DNA of 64,000 bases from Octopus sinensis (taxonomy: Eukaryota). The translations under genes were made by a program, and so were the position numbers. Below, piece by piece: positions 39,313-52,174 of this stretch (positions within the stretch are counted from its first letter, which is position 1; every line of letters starts with the position of its first letter). The stretch is taken from assembly GCF_006345805.1 (NCBI RefSeq), contig NC_043005.1, positions 94,736,001 through 94,800,000 on the forward strand, in the 5' to 3' direction. The notes under the pieces were generated by a model. That model was given only the letters and a program-made list of their open reading frames with translations, was not told the origin of the DNA and made no database searches.

Positions 39313-40899
39313 TCTCTCTATATATAAAACTGAGAATGTGTGTCTGTCTGCCTGTCTGTCTGTCTGTCTGTCTGTGTTTCCCTAAAACTTGAGAACTACA
39401 CAACCAAGTTCATTCAAATTTTACACATGCCTTACTTAGGGTCCATGTAGTTTCATGGGCAAAAAAGATGTTCAACTTCTTGCCTAGAGCGAGCCAATAG
39501 CAATATCATATCTTCTCCACTATTTCAGTATTGCGTGTTAAAAGTGAAACAAAAACATTTCTCTATTTTATGTCAGATACTTTCACTTTAACAATAAAAA
39601 TAATAATAACAATTGAATTATATGTAGTAAGTAATAATTAAAATCAAACTAAAGTATAATATCGTAACATAACAAAAGTAAAAATAGCAATTGGTATAAA
39701 ACTGCATCAATGACTTGAACTTGAATAAGTGGTTTCACATGAATGGGAATAAATAAATAATAAAATTTAAGTGCAGAAATGGAATAGTCCAGATGGAGGT
39801 GTGCACGGCTTTTACATTAGATTATTTGCTAATTAGCTAGCATTAAGTATCTTTATGAAGTTTGGCTGTATGTAATGTCTGTTTTCTCGAAAGATGCTTC
39901 TACTGAGTACCGCTGTTGGTTTATTTCTGATCCATAAAGGCCTATAGCTTCAACAGAGTACTGCTTTTTGGTTTATCGTAAGGTTTGTTGTCATTATTAT
40001 TACTGTTTAACTATTGTTATCACGTTTGTTGGTTCCTCGTCAGGGAAACGTTGTTGTGTTGCATTTGTTAAATAATTGTAAACCGTAACCCTCCCCCTTT
40101 GGGAGAAGGAGCTTTGGTTATTGTTTAAAAATTGAATTGTGTCCCTGTTTGGGGAAATTGACAATATTTTCACCGTTTACACGGAAGCATTTTCAAAATG
40201 TCTTCGATAGAAGAAAGTCCAAAAATGAATTTCGCTGCAGCCGTCGGCGGGCGCGAACTCATTGAAATTAAAATGGAAAAAATACGGATTGATCACCGAC
40301 AAAGACGGTGAATCTAGGATAACACCACCAAACGAAATAAAAATTAAATTGAAGAAAAGACTATTGTCTATAAAGTATACAATGTAGAGAATAAAAAAGA
40401 TTTGAACACCTGGAGGAAAGGACCTTCGAAATGTGTCTTGGTGCGACTATGAAAGATATCAAGTATCTAACTAGAGGCAATAAATTCGCCACAATAGAAG
40501 CACGGTTCGAGTCAACAGAGCGTGCAAGGGAGTACTCGACTCGAACCTTGTAAAGTGGAAATATTTTATTTTTACCTTTACATCTGGGACGTAGGACGTC
40601 CCGGATAAAAATTAAAAATGTCCCTCCAAAAGTAGAGGTAGGCTGGATTGTATCCACACTTCTATACAAGAGGGAGGACAAGATACAATTGATCCAAATT
40701 GCAAGAGACGGGCCTACAATTCCAGTCTGTTATGTATTTTCATTATTGTTATCACTAGCGATATCAAGATATAACTTTGTATTTTGTATTTTATGTGTAG
40801 ACATATATATAGAGATGTACATGTAATATGTACACATATATATACACATATATACATGCACTAGCACTATGACCCGGCAACGACGGGTCATAATGCTAG
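39313..40899 (+). mobile_element. Non-autonomous Helitron (1587 bp)
   Basis: A|TCTCTCTATATATAAAACTGAG start; TATGACCC..GGGTCATA hairpin then CTAG|T at 40896-40900. Confidence 0.85.
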
Positions 40900-40913
40900 T
40901 GTATATATATATC

Positions 40914-40946
<33 letters not shown>

Positions 40947-41167
40947 TTGTAGGTAGGTAGGTAGGTAGGTAGGTAGGTAAGTAGATATCTATGTATGTGT
41001 GTATATGTGAGTATACTTATATGTATACATAGATATAAATACAAATATATATACTCATAATATATTTACATATATATACATGTGTGTATGTATATGTGTC
41101 TACGCGTAGGTCTTTTGGCCTAATTATCTTTCCTGTATTCTTTCCCTTTTCCCTCTCTCCCTGTATA

Positions 41168-42830
41168 TCTCTCTATATATAAAACTGAGAATGTGTGTGT
41201 GTCTGTCTGTCTGTCTGTTTGTCTGTGTGTTTCCCTAAAACTTGAGAACTACACAACCAATTTCATTCGAATTTTACACATGCCTTACTTGGTGTCCGGG
41301 GAGTGACATCGGCAAAAAATTTTAACTTTTTGCCTTGGGCGAGCCCACAGCAATATCATATCTTCTCCACTACGATTCCCTAAAACTTGAGAACTACACA
41401 ACCAAGTTCATTCAAATTTTACACATGCCTTACTTAGGGTCCATGTAGTTTCATGGGCAAAAAAATGTTCAACTTCTTGCCTAGACCGAGCTCATAGCAA
41501 TATCATATTTTCTTCACTATTTCAGTATTGCGTGTTAAAAGTGAAACAAAAACATTTCTCTATTTTATGTCAGATGCTTTCACTTTAACAATAAAAATAA
41601 TAATAACAATTGAATTATATGTAGTAAGTAATAATTAAAATCAAACTAAAGTATAATATAATCGTAACATAACAAAAGTAAAAATAGCAATTGGTATAAA
41701 ATTGCATCAATGACTTGAACTTGAATAAGTGGTTTCACATGAATGGGAATAAATTAAAAATAAAATTAGTGTGCAGAAATGGAATAGTCCAGATCGATAA
41801 TAAAAACTTAAATTAAAGAAAAGATTATCACTTCTCTCTATATATAAAACTGAGAATGTGTGTGTGTGTCTGTGTGTGTGTCTCTGTCTGTCTGTGTGTT
41901 TCCCTAAAACTTGAGAACTACACAACCAATTTTATTCAAATTTTATACATGCCGGGGAGTGTCATCGGCAAAAAATCTTAACTTTTTCCCTAGGGCGACC
42001 CCACTGCAAAATCATATCTTCTCCACTATTTCAGTATTAGGTGTTAAAAGTGAAACAAAAACATCTTTCTTTTGTAATGCAGACACTTTCACTTTAATTC
42101 TGAAACTATTAAAGTGAAAGTATTATATAACAGGGATGAGCCATTAACAATGCTCATCCTTTTTGCTAGAAGAAGATCCGCTATGGTCTTATATACTACA
42201 TCACTGGTTTTCAATTCATATTAATCAAAATAATATTAAATTTTTCACCCTTATTATGTGTGTGTGTGTATTAGCAATTCGTATAAAATTCCATCAATGA
42301 CTTGAACTTGAATAAGTGGTTTCACATAAATGGGGATAAATTAAAAAGGTTTGTTGTTATTATTATTACTGTTTAACTATTGTTATCACGTTTGTTGGTT
42401 CCTCGTCAGGGAAACGTTGTTGTGCTGCATTTGTTAAATAATTGTAAACCGTAACCCTCCCCCTTTCGGAGAAGGAGCTTTGGTTATTGTTTAAAAATTG
42501 GATTGTGTCCCTGTTTGGGGAAATTGACAATATTTTCACCGTCTTTACGGAAGCATTTTTGTTAAAATGCCTTCGATAGAAGAAAGTCCAAAAATGAATT
42601 TCGCTGCAGCCGTACACTTCTATACAAGAGGGAGGACAAGATCCAATTGATCGAAATTGCAAGAGACGGGCCTACAATTCCAGTCTGTTATATATTTTGA
42701 GTATTGTTATCACTAGCGATATCAAGATATAACTTTGTATTTTGTATTTTATGTGTAGATGTATATATATAGATGTACATGTAATAAGTACACATATATA
42801 TACACATATATACATGCATAATATATCTAC
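41168..42830 (+). mobile_element. Tandem partial copies of the same Helitron
   Basis: 5' terminus repeated at 41168 and 41833, internal restart near 41375; body matches 39313-40860. Confidence 0.8.
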
Positions 42831-42865
42831 CCATACACACATACGTACACACACACACATACATA

Positions 42866-43010
42866 GGGGCAGGTGTGGCTATGTGGTAACAAACTACGTT
42901 CCAAACACATGGTCTTGGGTTCAGTCCCACTGTGTGGTGACTTTGCATGTGTCTTCTGCTGTAGCCTCAGACCAACAAAAGCCTTCTCAGTGGATTTTGT
43001 ATATATATAC
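42866..43010 (+). mobile_element. CORE-type SINE (family B), 3'-truncated
   Basis: GGCAGGTGTGGCTATGTGGTAA, GGGTTCAGTCCC, CORE-like segment. Confidence 0.7.
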
Positions 43011-43049
43011 AGGCATACATATATATATACTTGCATACGTACATATTCG

Positions 43050-45320
43050 GCATAAACACTCTACCACTACAACTAATAACTGTTGGGAACACTTTCAAAC
43101 CTGCCTTACATTCGAACCGGAATCTCAACGCCCGAGTTTTCCATCTGAAGTTAATCTCTCTCATGAAGCTCATACAAAAAGGGCAAGTCTTTGGGCCCAT
43201 ACAATGTGATATGTGTACACAATCGAGTGGCAAAAAAGGGGCCTTCCACATGCTCATATCCAGCTTTGGCTCTCAGCGAAGATCAATTCCAAAGACATCC
43301 ACAAGATAATATCTGCAGAGCTTCCTGATCCAGCTGTAGACAAAGAACTATACGAAATAGTTAAAGCAAACACAGTACATGGTCCATGTGGGCGTGGATT
43401 CAACATAAACACATCATGCTTGAAGGACAGCATATGTTCAAAAAAATTTCCAAGGAGGTTTCTACAAGGTTCCTCAGACAGGTGCTGATGGGTATCCATC
43501 ATACAGACGCAGAAAAGCAGAAGACGGAGGTTTCACAGCACGATATTGATAATAGATGGATTGTTCCATACTGCCCACTCCTGTCAAAGACTTTCAATGC
43601 CCACATCAACGTTGAGTTTTGCAACTCCGTTAAATCCATCAAGTACGTTTGCAAATATGTAAACAAGGGTTCTGACGCTGCAATGTTTGGACTTCAACAA
43701 AAATACTGCCAGGATGAGGTGACGCATTATCAGGTGGGACGGTACATAAGTAGCAACGAAGCTTTCTGGCGCATCTTTGGCTTTCCAATTCACCAACGAC
43801 ACCCCTCCATTCAACAGCTTGCAGTGCACCTGGAAAATGGTCAAAGAGTGTACTTCACCGATGCTAGTGATTCTCTGTTGGCAGAGGAACCAAGGGATAG
43901 CACACTCACTGCATTCTTCAAGCTTTGTCAAGTGGATCCATTCGCTCAAACCTTGCTGTTTTCCACAGATTCCATCGTGCTACACTTGGAATGGAAAAAA
44001 ATGGGCCCCACGGAAAGCAGGTCAAAAGGTTCATGGATACCCTGGCATTAAGTTTCACACTTGCCTTGGGCGAGTATACACAGTGCATCCAACTCAACAA
44101 GAGTGCTTCTACCTTCGTATACTACTGCATGAGGTCAGAGGGCCAACGTCTTTCCAGGTCCTAAAAACCGTTCATGGACATGTCTGCACAGCATACAGAG
44201 AAGCCTGCTATCGACAAGATGGTGCACAATGGGATGCAACTTTAGGAGAGGCTGCTTTATCACAATCACCTAAAAGTCTCAGGGCACTATTTGCAGTATT
44301 ACTACAGGCATGCAAACTGTGTGATCCGGCCACTCTATGGTTCAAATATAGAGACAAACTGGCTGAAGACTTTCAGCGCCAAGCTCAAATGATCTATCCT
44401 GACATGGAGGGTATCAGCAATGAAATCTATAACAAAACACTCATTGACGTTGAAGTCAGAATTGCTAAACTGGGTGGAAATGAATTGTCGACGTATGGCC
44501 TGCTACAAGCATTCAGGTCAGGGTCAAATAGCCTTCCCACTGCTGTCATTCGTGAAACAACCTACGACACTCAAGCGCTTTCAAAGTACATTGTTGAAAA
44601 TGAGTCTAAATTACTTCCGGACCAGCTGCAGGCCTACAGAACTATTCTTAACAGTGTACGCCAACGCGAGGGACGAATCTTCTTCCTCGATGCTCCTGGA
44701 GGGACAGGAAAAACATTTATTACAAAGCTTCTCCTTGCAGAAGTTAGGAAGCATCAGGACATTGCAGTAGCTGTAGCCTCCTCTGGCATTGCAGCTACTT
44801 TGTTACCCGGTGGCAGGACAGTACTATCAACTTTTAAACTCCCTCTCAATTTAGCAGCATCCGAAATGCCTTCATGCAACATCAACAAAAGCTCAGATCA
44901 GGGACAAGTACTTAAAATGTGTCATCTAATTGTCTGGGATGAGTGCACTATGGCTCACAAGGGAGCATTAGATAGAGCTCTGAAAGACATCCGAGACTGT
45001 CAGGCTCCAATGGGAGGTGTAACACTTCTGTTGTCAGGTGATTTCAGGCAAACTCTTCCTGTCATTCCGAAAGGCAGTAGAGCATATGAAGTCCAAGCAT
45101 GCCTAAAGTCCTCTACCCTGTGGCATCATGTTACAATTCCTCAGTCTCACCACTAACATGAGAGCTCAGCTGCAGGGCGACAAAATGTCCACAAAGTTTG
45201 CGCAGGACATTTTGACACTTGGTGAAGGCAAGATGCCTCTCGATGCTGCAGGACAAATGGAAGTGTGGTCATTTTCCTCTGTTGTTAATTCTGTAGATGA
45301 CCTCAAAAACAAAGTCATCT
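43050..45320 (+). pseudogene. Helitron RepHel (HUH Rep plus PIF1-like helicase), fragmented
   Basis: IEWQKRGLPHAH, NRWIVPY..NAHINVE..KYVCKY, FLDAPGGTGKTF, IVWDECTM, LSGDFRQTLPVIP. Confidence 0.92.
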
Positions 45321-45496
45321 ATCTGTCTCTCTCTCTCTCCCTTTCTCTCTCTACCCCTTTCTCGCTATCTTTGCTAAATATGGATCTATCCATTTCTTTT
45401 TCTCTTTATTACTGTTTGTTTAGCAAGATTCTTATTTATTATCCATAAATATGCATTTATACACATACGCATATAAACGCACGTATATATATATGC

Positions 45497-45549
<53 letters not shown>

Positions 45550-45734
45550 CATATATATGTCAAACATAATGAGATGTATTAATGTACTAACTTGTATCTG
45601 TGTATGTGTGTGCGTGTGTGTGCATGTGTGTATTTCTATGTCTATGTGGTCGTGACGGTTTCATTAAGCCCTTAATTAAATGTTTTCCTTTCGCATCTAT
45701 TTTGAAAGCATCTGATATATGTATGCATGTGCGT

Positions 45735-45773
<39 letters not shown>

Positions 45774-46199
45774 TGTGTGTGTGTGGTGTGTGTCTGTATA
45801 CACACACACACTTTATTAGTGGATTAAGGCTACCATTGGTTTCATGTTAAGGCGATCCTTAACAATTATCCAGTCTAACACATGTAACATAATTGTAGGT
45901 CTCTATTTATCTTAATCTAAAATGGAGACGAACACCTATTTTCCAGGTGATAAGCTTCATAATTGTTAAGTGTTTCTTTAACATGAAACCAATGGTAGCC
46001 TTAACCGACGAATAAAGAATCTTTATCCATCACAGCGGTGTTAGGCACTCATTATCGTTGTTCAGTGTTTATGTACACACACATGTATGTATATATGTAT
46101 GTGCATATATACATGTATATATGCATGAAAGGAGAGAGAAACATATGTATATATAGAAAATAGTAAAAAGTAAAAAAACTACAGAAGGCTTGTTTTAAA

Positions 46200-46930
46200 T
46201 GGTTAAAAAATATATATTTGAGTCAATATGTCTGAAGAATGTTATAAATTTTTTCATACAATGACATAGTTTTTGAAGAAATGACCGGTTTCGCGTTCAG
46301 CTTTTCAAATTTCTTACATCGTTATGCTTACGTTGAGAAGAGTTATCGTTATGTTTACGTTGAGAAGAGTTCCAGATAAGGGGAGGTAATAAGTGATTTC
46401 TTCCGGTGTAAGGGAGATAATCGCTTAAAATTTATTGCCTTTCTTTTGGAGTGAATTTCTCTGTATAAGTATGTTGGAATGGTTAAGTTTGGGCTTGTAT
46501 TTTTCAATGAAGAATGTTTCCTTGTTTAGTCTAATTTGTGTTGGTGTTCCGATAGCACATTGGTAAAATGGAAAGATTAAAAATTGTGGTAGAAGTTGCT
46601 TTGCGCATTTCTCAATGTGCTCACTAAAGGGTATCATTCTGTATTCTGGGAATGCAATCTGTTGTCGATGCAGTGTGCATCTACGTCTGAGTGATAGTCC
46701 CGTGGACCCCACGTAGTCTTGGTGGCAGCCCGAGCATTTTATGACATAAATTGTGTTTTCAGAGGCACAAGTAAAATTAGATTTGATCTTGAATTTCTGT
46801 CCCTCTTTGAAGAGGAATTCTGATCCTTCTAGCAGGTTTGGACATGTTGCACAGTTCGGTCTACCACATTTTTTTAACTTTTGCATCCGTAATTTCAGAA
46901 AACAATTTTGCCTTTGTGAGAATCTTTTTA
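46200..46930 (-). mobile_element. 5'-truncated Penelope-like element (GIY-YIG plus 3' end)
   Basis: ORF 46425-46886 KCGRPNCATC..CASENTIYVIKC..YVGSTG..LRRR..PKLN. Confidence 0.85.
46276..46315 (-). ncRNA. Minimal type I hammerhead ribozyme motif, U3-A8 variant
   Basis: AAGAAAU-UUGAAAA-GC-UGAAC-GC-GAAA-CCGG-UC-AUUUCUU; 7-bp stem I, GUC triplet. Confidence 0.65.
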
Positions 46931-47084
46931 TATATATGTATGTATGTATGCATGTATGTATGTATGTATGTATGTATGTATGTATGTATGTATGTATGTA
47001 TGCATGTATGTATGTATGTATGTATGTATGTATGCATGTATGTATGTATGTATGTATGTATGTATGTATGTATGTATGTATTCA

Positions 47085-47394
<310 letters not shown>

Positions 47395-47874
47395 ATATAT
47401 GTATAAAACTATATACGTACTTAAGCATACATAGGTAGATCTTATGTGTGTTTCTTTGAGTGTGCGCGCGCGTATGTGTGCCATTGCATAATCCGGTGAT
47501 TAGGATTAAAGAAATTTCTCAATCTGGAAGCAATTGGCTTAAAATGGTGACTAAAGCGAAACATCAACAAAACCAAAATCATCGCTTCTTTGGTGCCAAT
47601 GAATATCGTCTGATGGTACATCGGGTACTTTTGACAATCTTTTCAATAAACAACCTTCCAGACGAGAGAAAAAGATTAAATTTTATTAACTGAATTACAT
47701 ATATAAATGTGTGTGTGTGTGTAATTGTGCGTGTTTATATGTGTGTTTGTGTGTGTGTGTGTATGTGTGAATCTGTTATTGTTGTTGACGTTGCTGTTTT
47801 ACTTTTAGTTTACATTTATAGCAAACGAATGTTTTAGAAAGAATTTCTCATCTGGCAGCAGCAGCAGGAGCATC

Positions 47875-48056
47875 ATCAGTAGTAGTAGTAGTAGTGGTAG
47901 TAGTGGTAGTAGTAGTAGTAGTAGTAGTAGTCGTAGTCGTAGTAGTAATAGTAGTAGTTGTTGTAGTAGTAGTAGTGGTAGTAGTGGTAGTAGTAGTAGT
48001 AATAATAGTAATAGTAGTAGTGGTAGTAGGAATAGTAGTAATAGTAGCAGCAGCAA

Positions 48057-48117
<61 letters not shown>

Positions 48118-48366
48118 TGCTGTTGTTGTTTTGATTTCTATGTTAGGTACCGGATTATAATAAATTTGAAAAGTGCGGCAGCATGCGATGATTACTAACT
48201 GCCAGATATACGACGACGGCGACGGCAACGAGCACCGCCACCACTATTACGACTACTACCCACTACCACTGCTGCTGCTGCTACTACTACTATTATTACT
48301 ACTACTACTACTACTACTACTAGTAATTGTAATGATGTCGGCGATGATGAAGGCTAAGAAATTAAA

Positions 48367-48421
<55 letters not shown>

Positions 48422-48450
48422 ATGATGGAGACGACGGCGACGACGATGAC
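47875..48450. repeat. Compound trinucleotide microsatellite (TAG)n/(CAG)n/(CTA)n/(GAT)n
   Basis: Direct reading. Confidence 0.9.
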
Positions 48451-50239
48451 GCTGCAACAGTACGATTTCTAACACTGGCTTCACTCGTTTGAAAGGAACC
48501 CAGCATAATAAAAGTTTTCGTCACTAGTACACGATTGAATAATACATATTGTGCATAATGATGTTAGCAGGTTCTGGATTGAATAATGGAAAATTCTGAA
48601 CCTCATACTGTTTGGACGTACAGGCAAAGTGTAAGTACCAGCTCAGAATCTACTAGAATAGGTAACCATACCGCGCCAGAACCCTCAGTTTAGCTTTATG
48701 GCAATCACTTTATTTCTGTTACATGATTTGATCATCTTAGGCGGACATTAATCCTGCTTCATGGTTAGTACCCATGGACGAGATTTATGGCAGGCAGTTA
48801 GTCTTGTTCCGTGTATGCATGGCCATGACTCCCGGCTTTTTCTTCATGGCTAGTTCCTTAGTTCCACTTCATGGTTAATATTGACGGATATGGTTCATCG
48901 CTTCATTGTTGGGCATCTAAATACGCTTCATGAAGCTAGGCTAGCCTTCACAATGCTTGCTAGAATAGAGAAGAGACATTAGATGAATGCACACATTTGC
49001 ACATTTGTCGCAGAGGTTGACGTTGAAATTAATGGAAACAACGACCAGAATCACTCTGGAAGGAATTATAAAAACTTACAACAAAAATGCTTAACTCCAC
49101 ATCGAACCATCGCACCAAAATATGTCTATTCTACGAAACATCACATCATCTCCCCACCCCACCAAGCATCTACGCATCCCACCCGTATCATAAAATCTCT
49201 CCCCCCCATCAAATCTCCCCCACTCCATCCCGCAAAACGTCTATCTATCTCACCAAACATCCAACCAAAGAAAATATATTAATAGTAACAAAAAAAAAAA
49301 AAAGAAAATGAAACGATAGAATATGGTATGGAATCAAAATTTTAAAGAATTTAACCGACCCAACACACACAAGAAAAATATGAAATTTCTCACTGAAAAG
49401 ATATCAACTAGAACAGTGAAAGAGAAAGAAGATATCGCAATGATGCGTGAAATTCGAATTAATATTAGGAAAATATTGAGAAAAAATGCAACGTGATATA
49501 AAACATTAACATAATAATAAACCAAAATAAATAATAATACACAAGAAACAAACAAAACCCAAAATACCGAGATGATATAACTATAAAAAAAAAACAGTCA
49601 ACAGGTAGATGGAGAAAAACAACTAAAGAAACATGAACAAGAATAATAGAATTTGAAAAAGAGAATGAAGGAATTCAAGCAAAATAAAGTATTTTTGTGG
49701 AAACAGTCAAAGAACATATGAGTCGATATAATATAACGATAGAAATAGAAAATATCTTAGCAATAAAGAAATGTTAGAATTTTTGATTTGTTTCTAAAAA
49801 ATCCCATGAATCGACCGAATCTAAGAAGAGAAAATTAGAAATATTTCATATACCAAAAAACAAGGATAATTAAGCAACACTGGAAGGAATGACAAGAAAA
49901 CGTGACTGCGCGTCAGTCGGCAAAGATCAAATCTATTTTATCCGGTTACAGGGAAGATATTTCGGATAAAGCTCTCATATGTCTTGCATACATATCATAT
50001 ATTGCCCAGAAGTCGAATAGTTTCGTGAAATAACCCACTCAAGCACCGAAGTACAAACATCTAATACAAGGCAATGATAATTACACGCACACATACAGAC
50101 ACTCACAAGCTTACACACAGATGCTCGCGAACATCACACACACACACACACATATGCATGTATACCTGCTAACACATGCATATGCACGTGCATACATACG
50201 TGCATATACTATAGTAAAAAAAATCAATTACGAGAAATG

Positions 50240-51010
50240 AATGATCACAGAAATGAGATTTTCCCATTTGCTCTGATCCTCTCGAAGATTTCAGCGCAAC
50301 AAATGAATAAGAGGATCAGCCAATTCCAAGAAATGGACGACTTATCAGATACACACGGGAGAGTTACATCGTGATCGATCAACTTGAAAGAAATAGCAGC
50401 TAAATCTTTCTCAAAGTTCACCCTAAGGATAGACAAATTGGTTATTGTATTCCCAGATACACCATTTCTGAAGAAGAAGGAATTAGATGGTCATCGATAC
50501 TATGTCTTTGGTTATAAATCTGTTTAATCAAGAATAATAAAACACGAACCTTGGCAATACTTGTAAGAAGAATTGAAGAAACCTTTATCAATTTAGTCAT
50601 TCGTGGGGATACGAGACTAACACTGAAACACGAAATTACTCATCAGCTTTTCTTTTTTATTTTTTCAATTAATATGGCGTCCTACACAGAATCGTTTTTT
50701 TTCTGGTTTTTCTTACCTGATCTGAGTCTTTTATTTTCAAAAATTCGTCATTAAAGGAAAGGAGATACTCTGGACCTTAACAAATATTCCAAAACTTCGA
50801 GTCGCCCTGAGTCTTATGGTTAGAATTGGTTCAGGAAAAAAATATGTCATAACAAAAAACTTCTGGAACATTTCAAGATGATTTCATTTACGGGTAAAAA
50901 GGACTGGGTGACAGGTTCAGCGGAAGCTAGGAGATGATGCACTGTATATGTAACAGGATGATGAGAGAACGGCAAAATGGATTGGGTGAACTTTATTGGA
51001 AAGCGTATGC
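50240..51010 (+). mobile_element. Very decayed non-LTR (R4/NeSL-like) RT remnant
   Basis: Scattered EMDDL, RYSGP and D.LY-like motifs, many stops; clade is inference. Confidence 0.3.
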
Positions 51011-52174
51011 AATTAGCTATTTCAGAAGAACAGAAATTGTTAAAATAACGAGAAACGAAAGGTAGCTTCTGTGAGTTTTGGTCAAACAGGTAGGTGATCT
51101 TCTTTTAATTTCAGTTTATGATGTTCGCATGTGCAACCGCTTCGCATTGTCACCTATGTGAGAGGTGCACTCTTGTGAGGGTCTTATATGAGGTTTTAGA
51201 GTAGGCGAGTAACATTTCAGCGTTAAAGTGTTTTCTGACGCCACTCTTTTGAGATAAAGTTTTGGCAGTGCATATAAGGAGTTAGTTGTGATTGCATTGC
51301 TGGATAGTAACAAGCTCGCTTCTAAATTACGATGTGGTTCGATCCCACTGCATAGCACCTTGTGTAAGTGTCATCTGTGTCATTCACCAGTAGCTTCGAG
51401 TCGCCCTGAGTCTTATGGTTAGAATTGGTTAGATGGAAGGTCGTTTGATACAAAGGTCTAGTCTGATTGCACAGTGTGTCACACTGATTTCGTTTGAAGA
51501 CTACGTTAAAGGTACACTCGGTGGAATACTCGGCCACAAATACAATAATTCAATGAGTCGGTAGCTCAGTTGATCGAACGACTTAACATTCATCGTCCAA
51601 CTGGACGGAAATCCATTGACTTACATATGTGGTGTTGCCATAAGAAATTACCAGAGGGCGTAAAACCTAACATTTTTAGGAAATGTTGAGGTTTCATTAG
51701 TGTGCTGCTGATAACTTGGCTGAATTCATGTCTGTTGTGTCGATGTGTGTACTGATTGAGTGATTGAGTCTCTACAATAGAGATATTGTCTCTCTTCAAT
51801 AAAGATATTTTTACATCATTATTGAATGTACTCTGGATTATTCTTCAATGAGGCAGTTTATGTCTGGAACAAGGTGACCAGGATGTGTGTAAATAATACT
51901 GTGTGTAAATAATACTGTGTATAGATAATTTTAATTCCATCTTTTAGAATTTCGTTAAGTAAATTACTCGCTTCTCCCCTTGTTTAATTCCGTTTCTCCC
52001 ACCACATCGTCCCTAAGTTAACTTGCTTGTTTGCTGTGCGCCAGCCCTCACCCACCCTCACCACCAGTACCGGATATCTCTCTATTCTCTCCCCTTCTCT
52101 ATCTTATCTCTTTCCTTCTCTTTTTCTATCTCCCTCCCTCTCTTTATCGCCTTCCCTTGGCCTTATGAAATGAA

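Noticed and set aside
40030-40050. CUGACGA on minus strand in the Helitron (also near 42405)
   Set aside because: No stem II or GAAA follows
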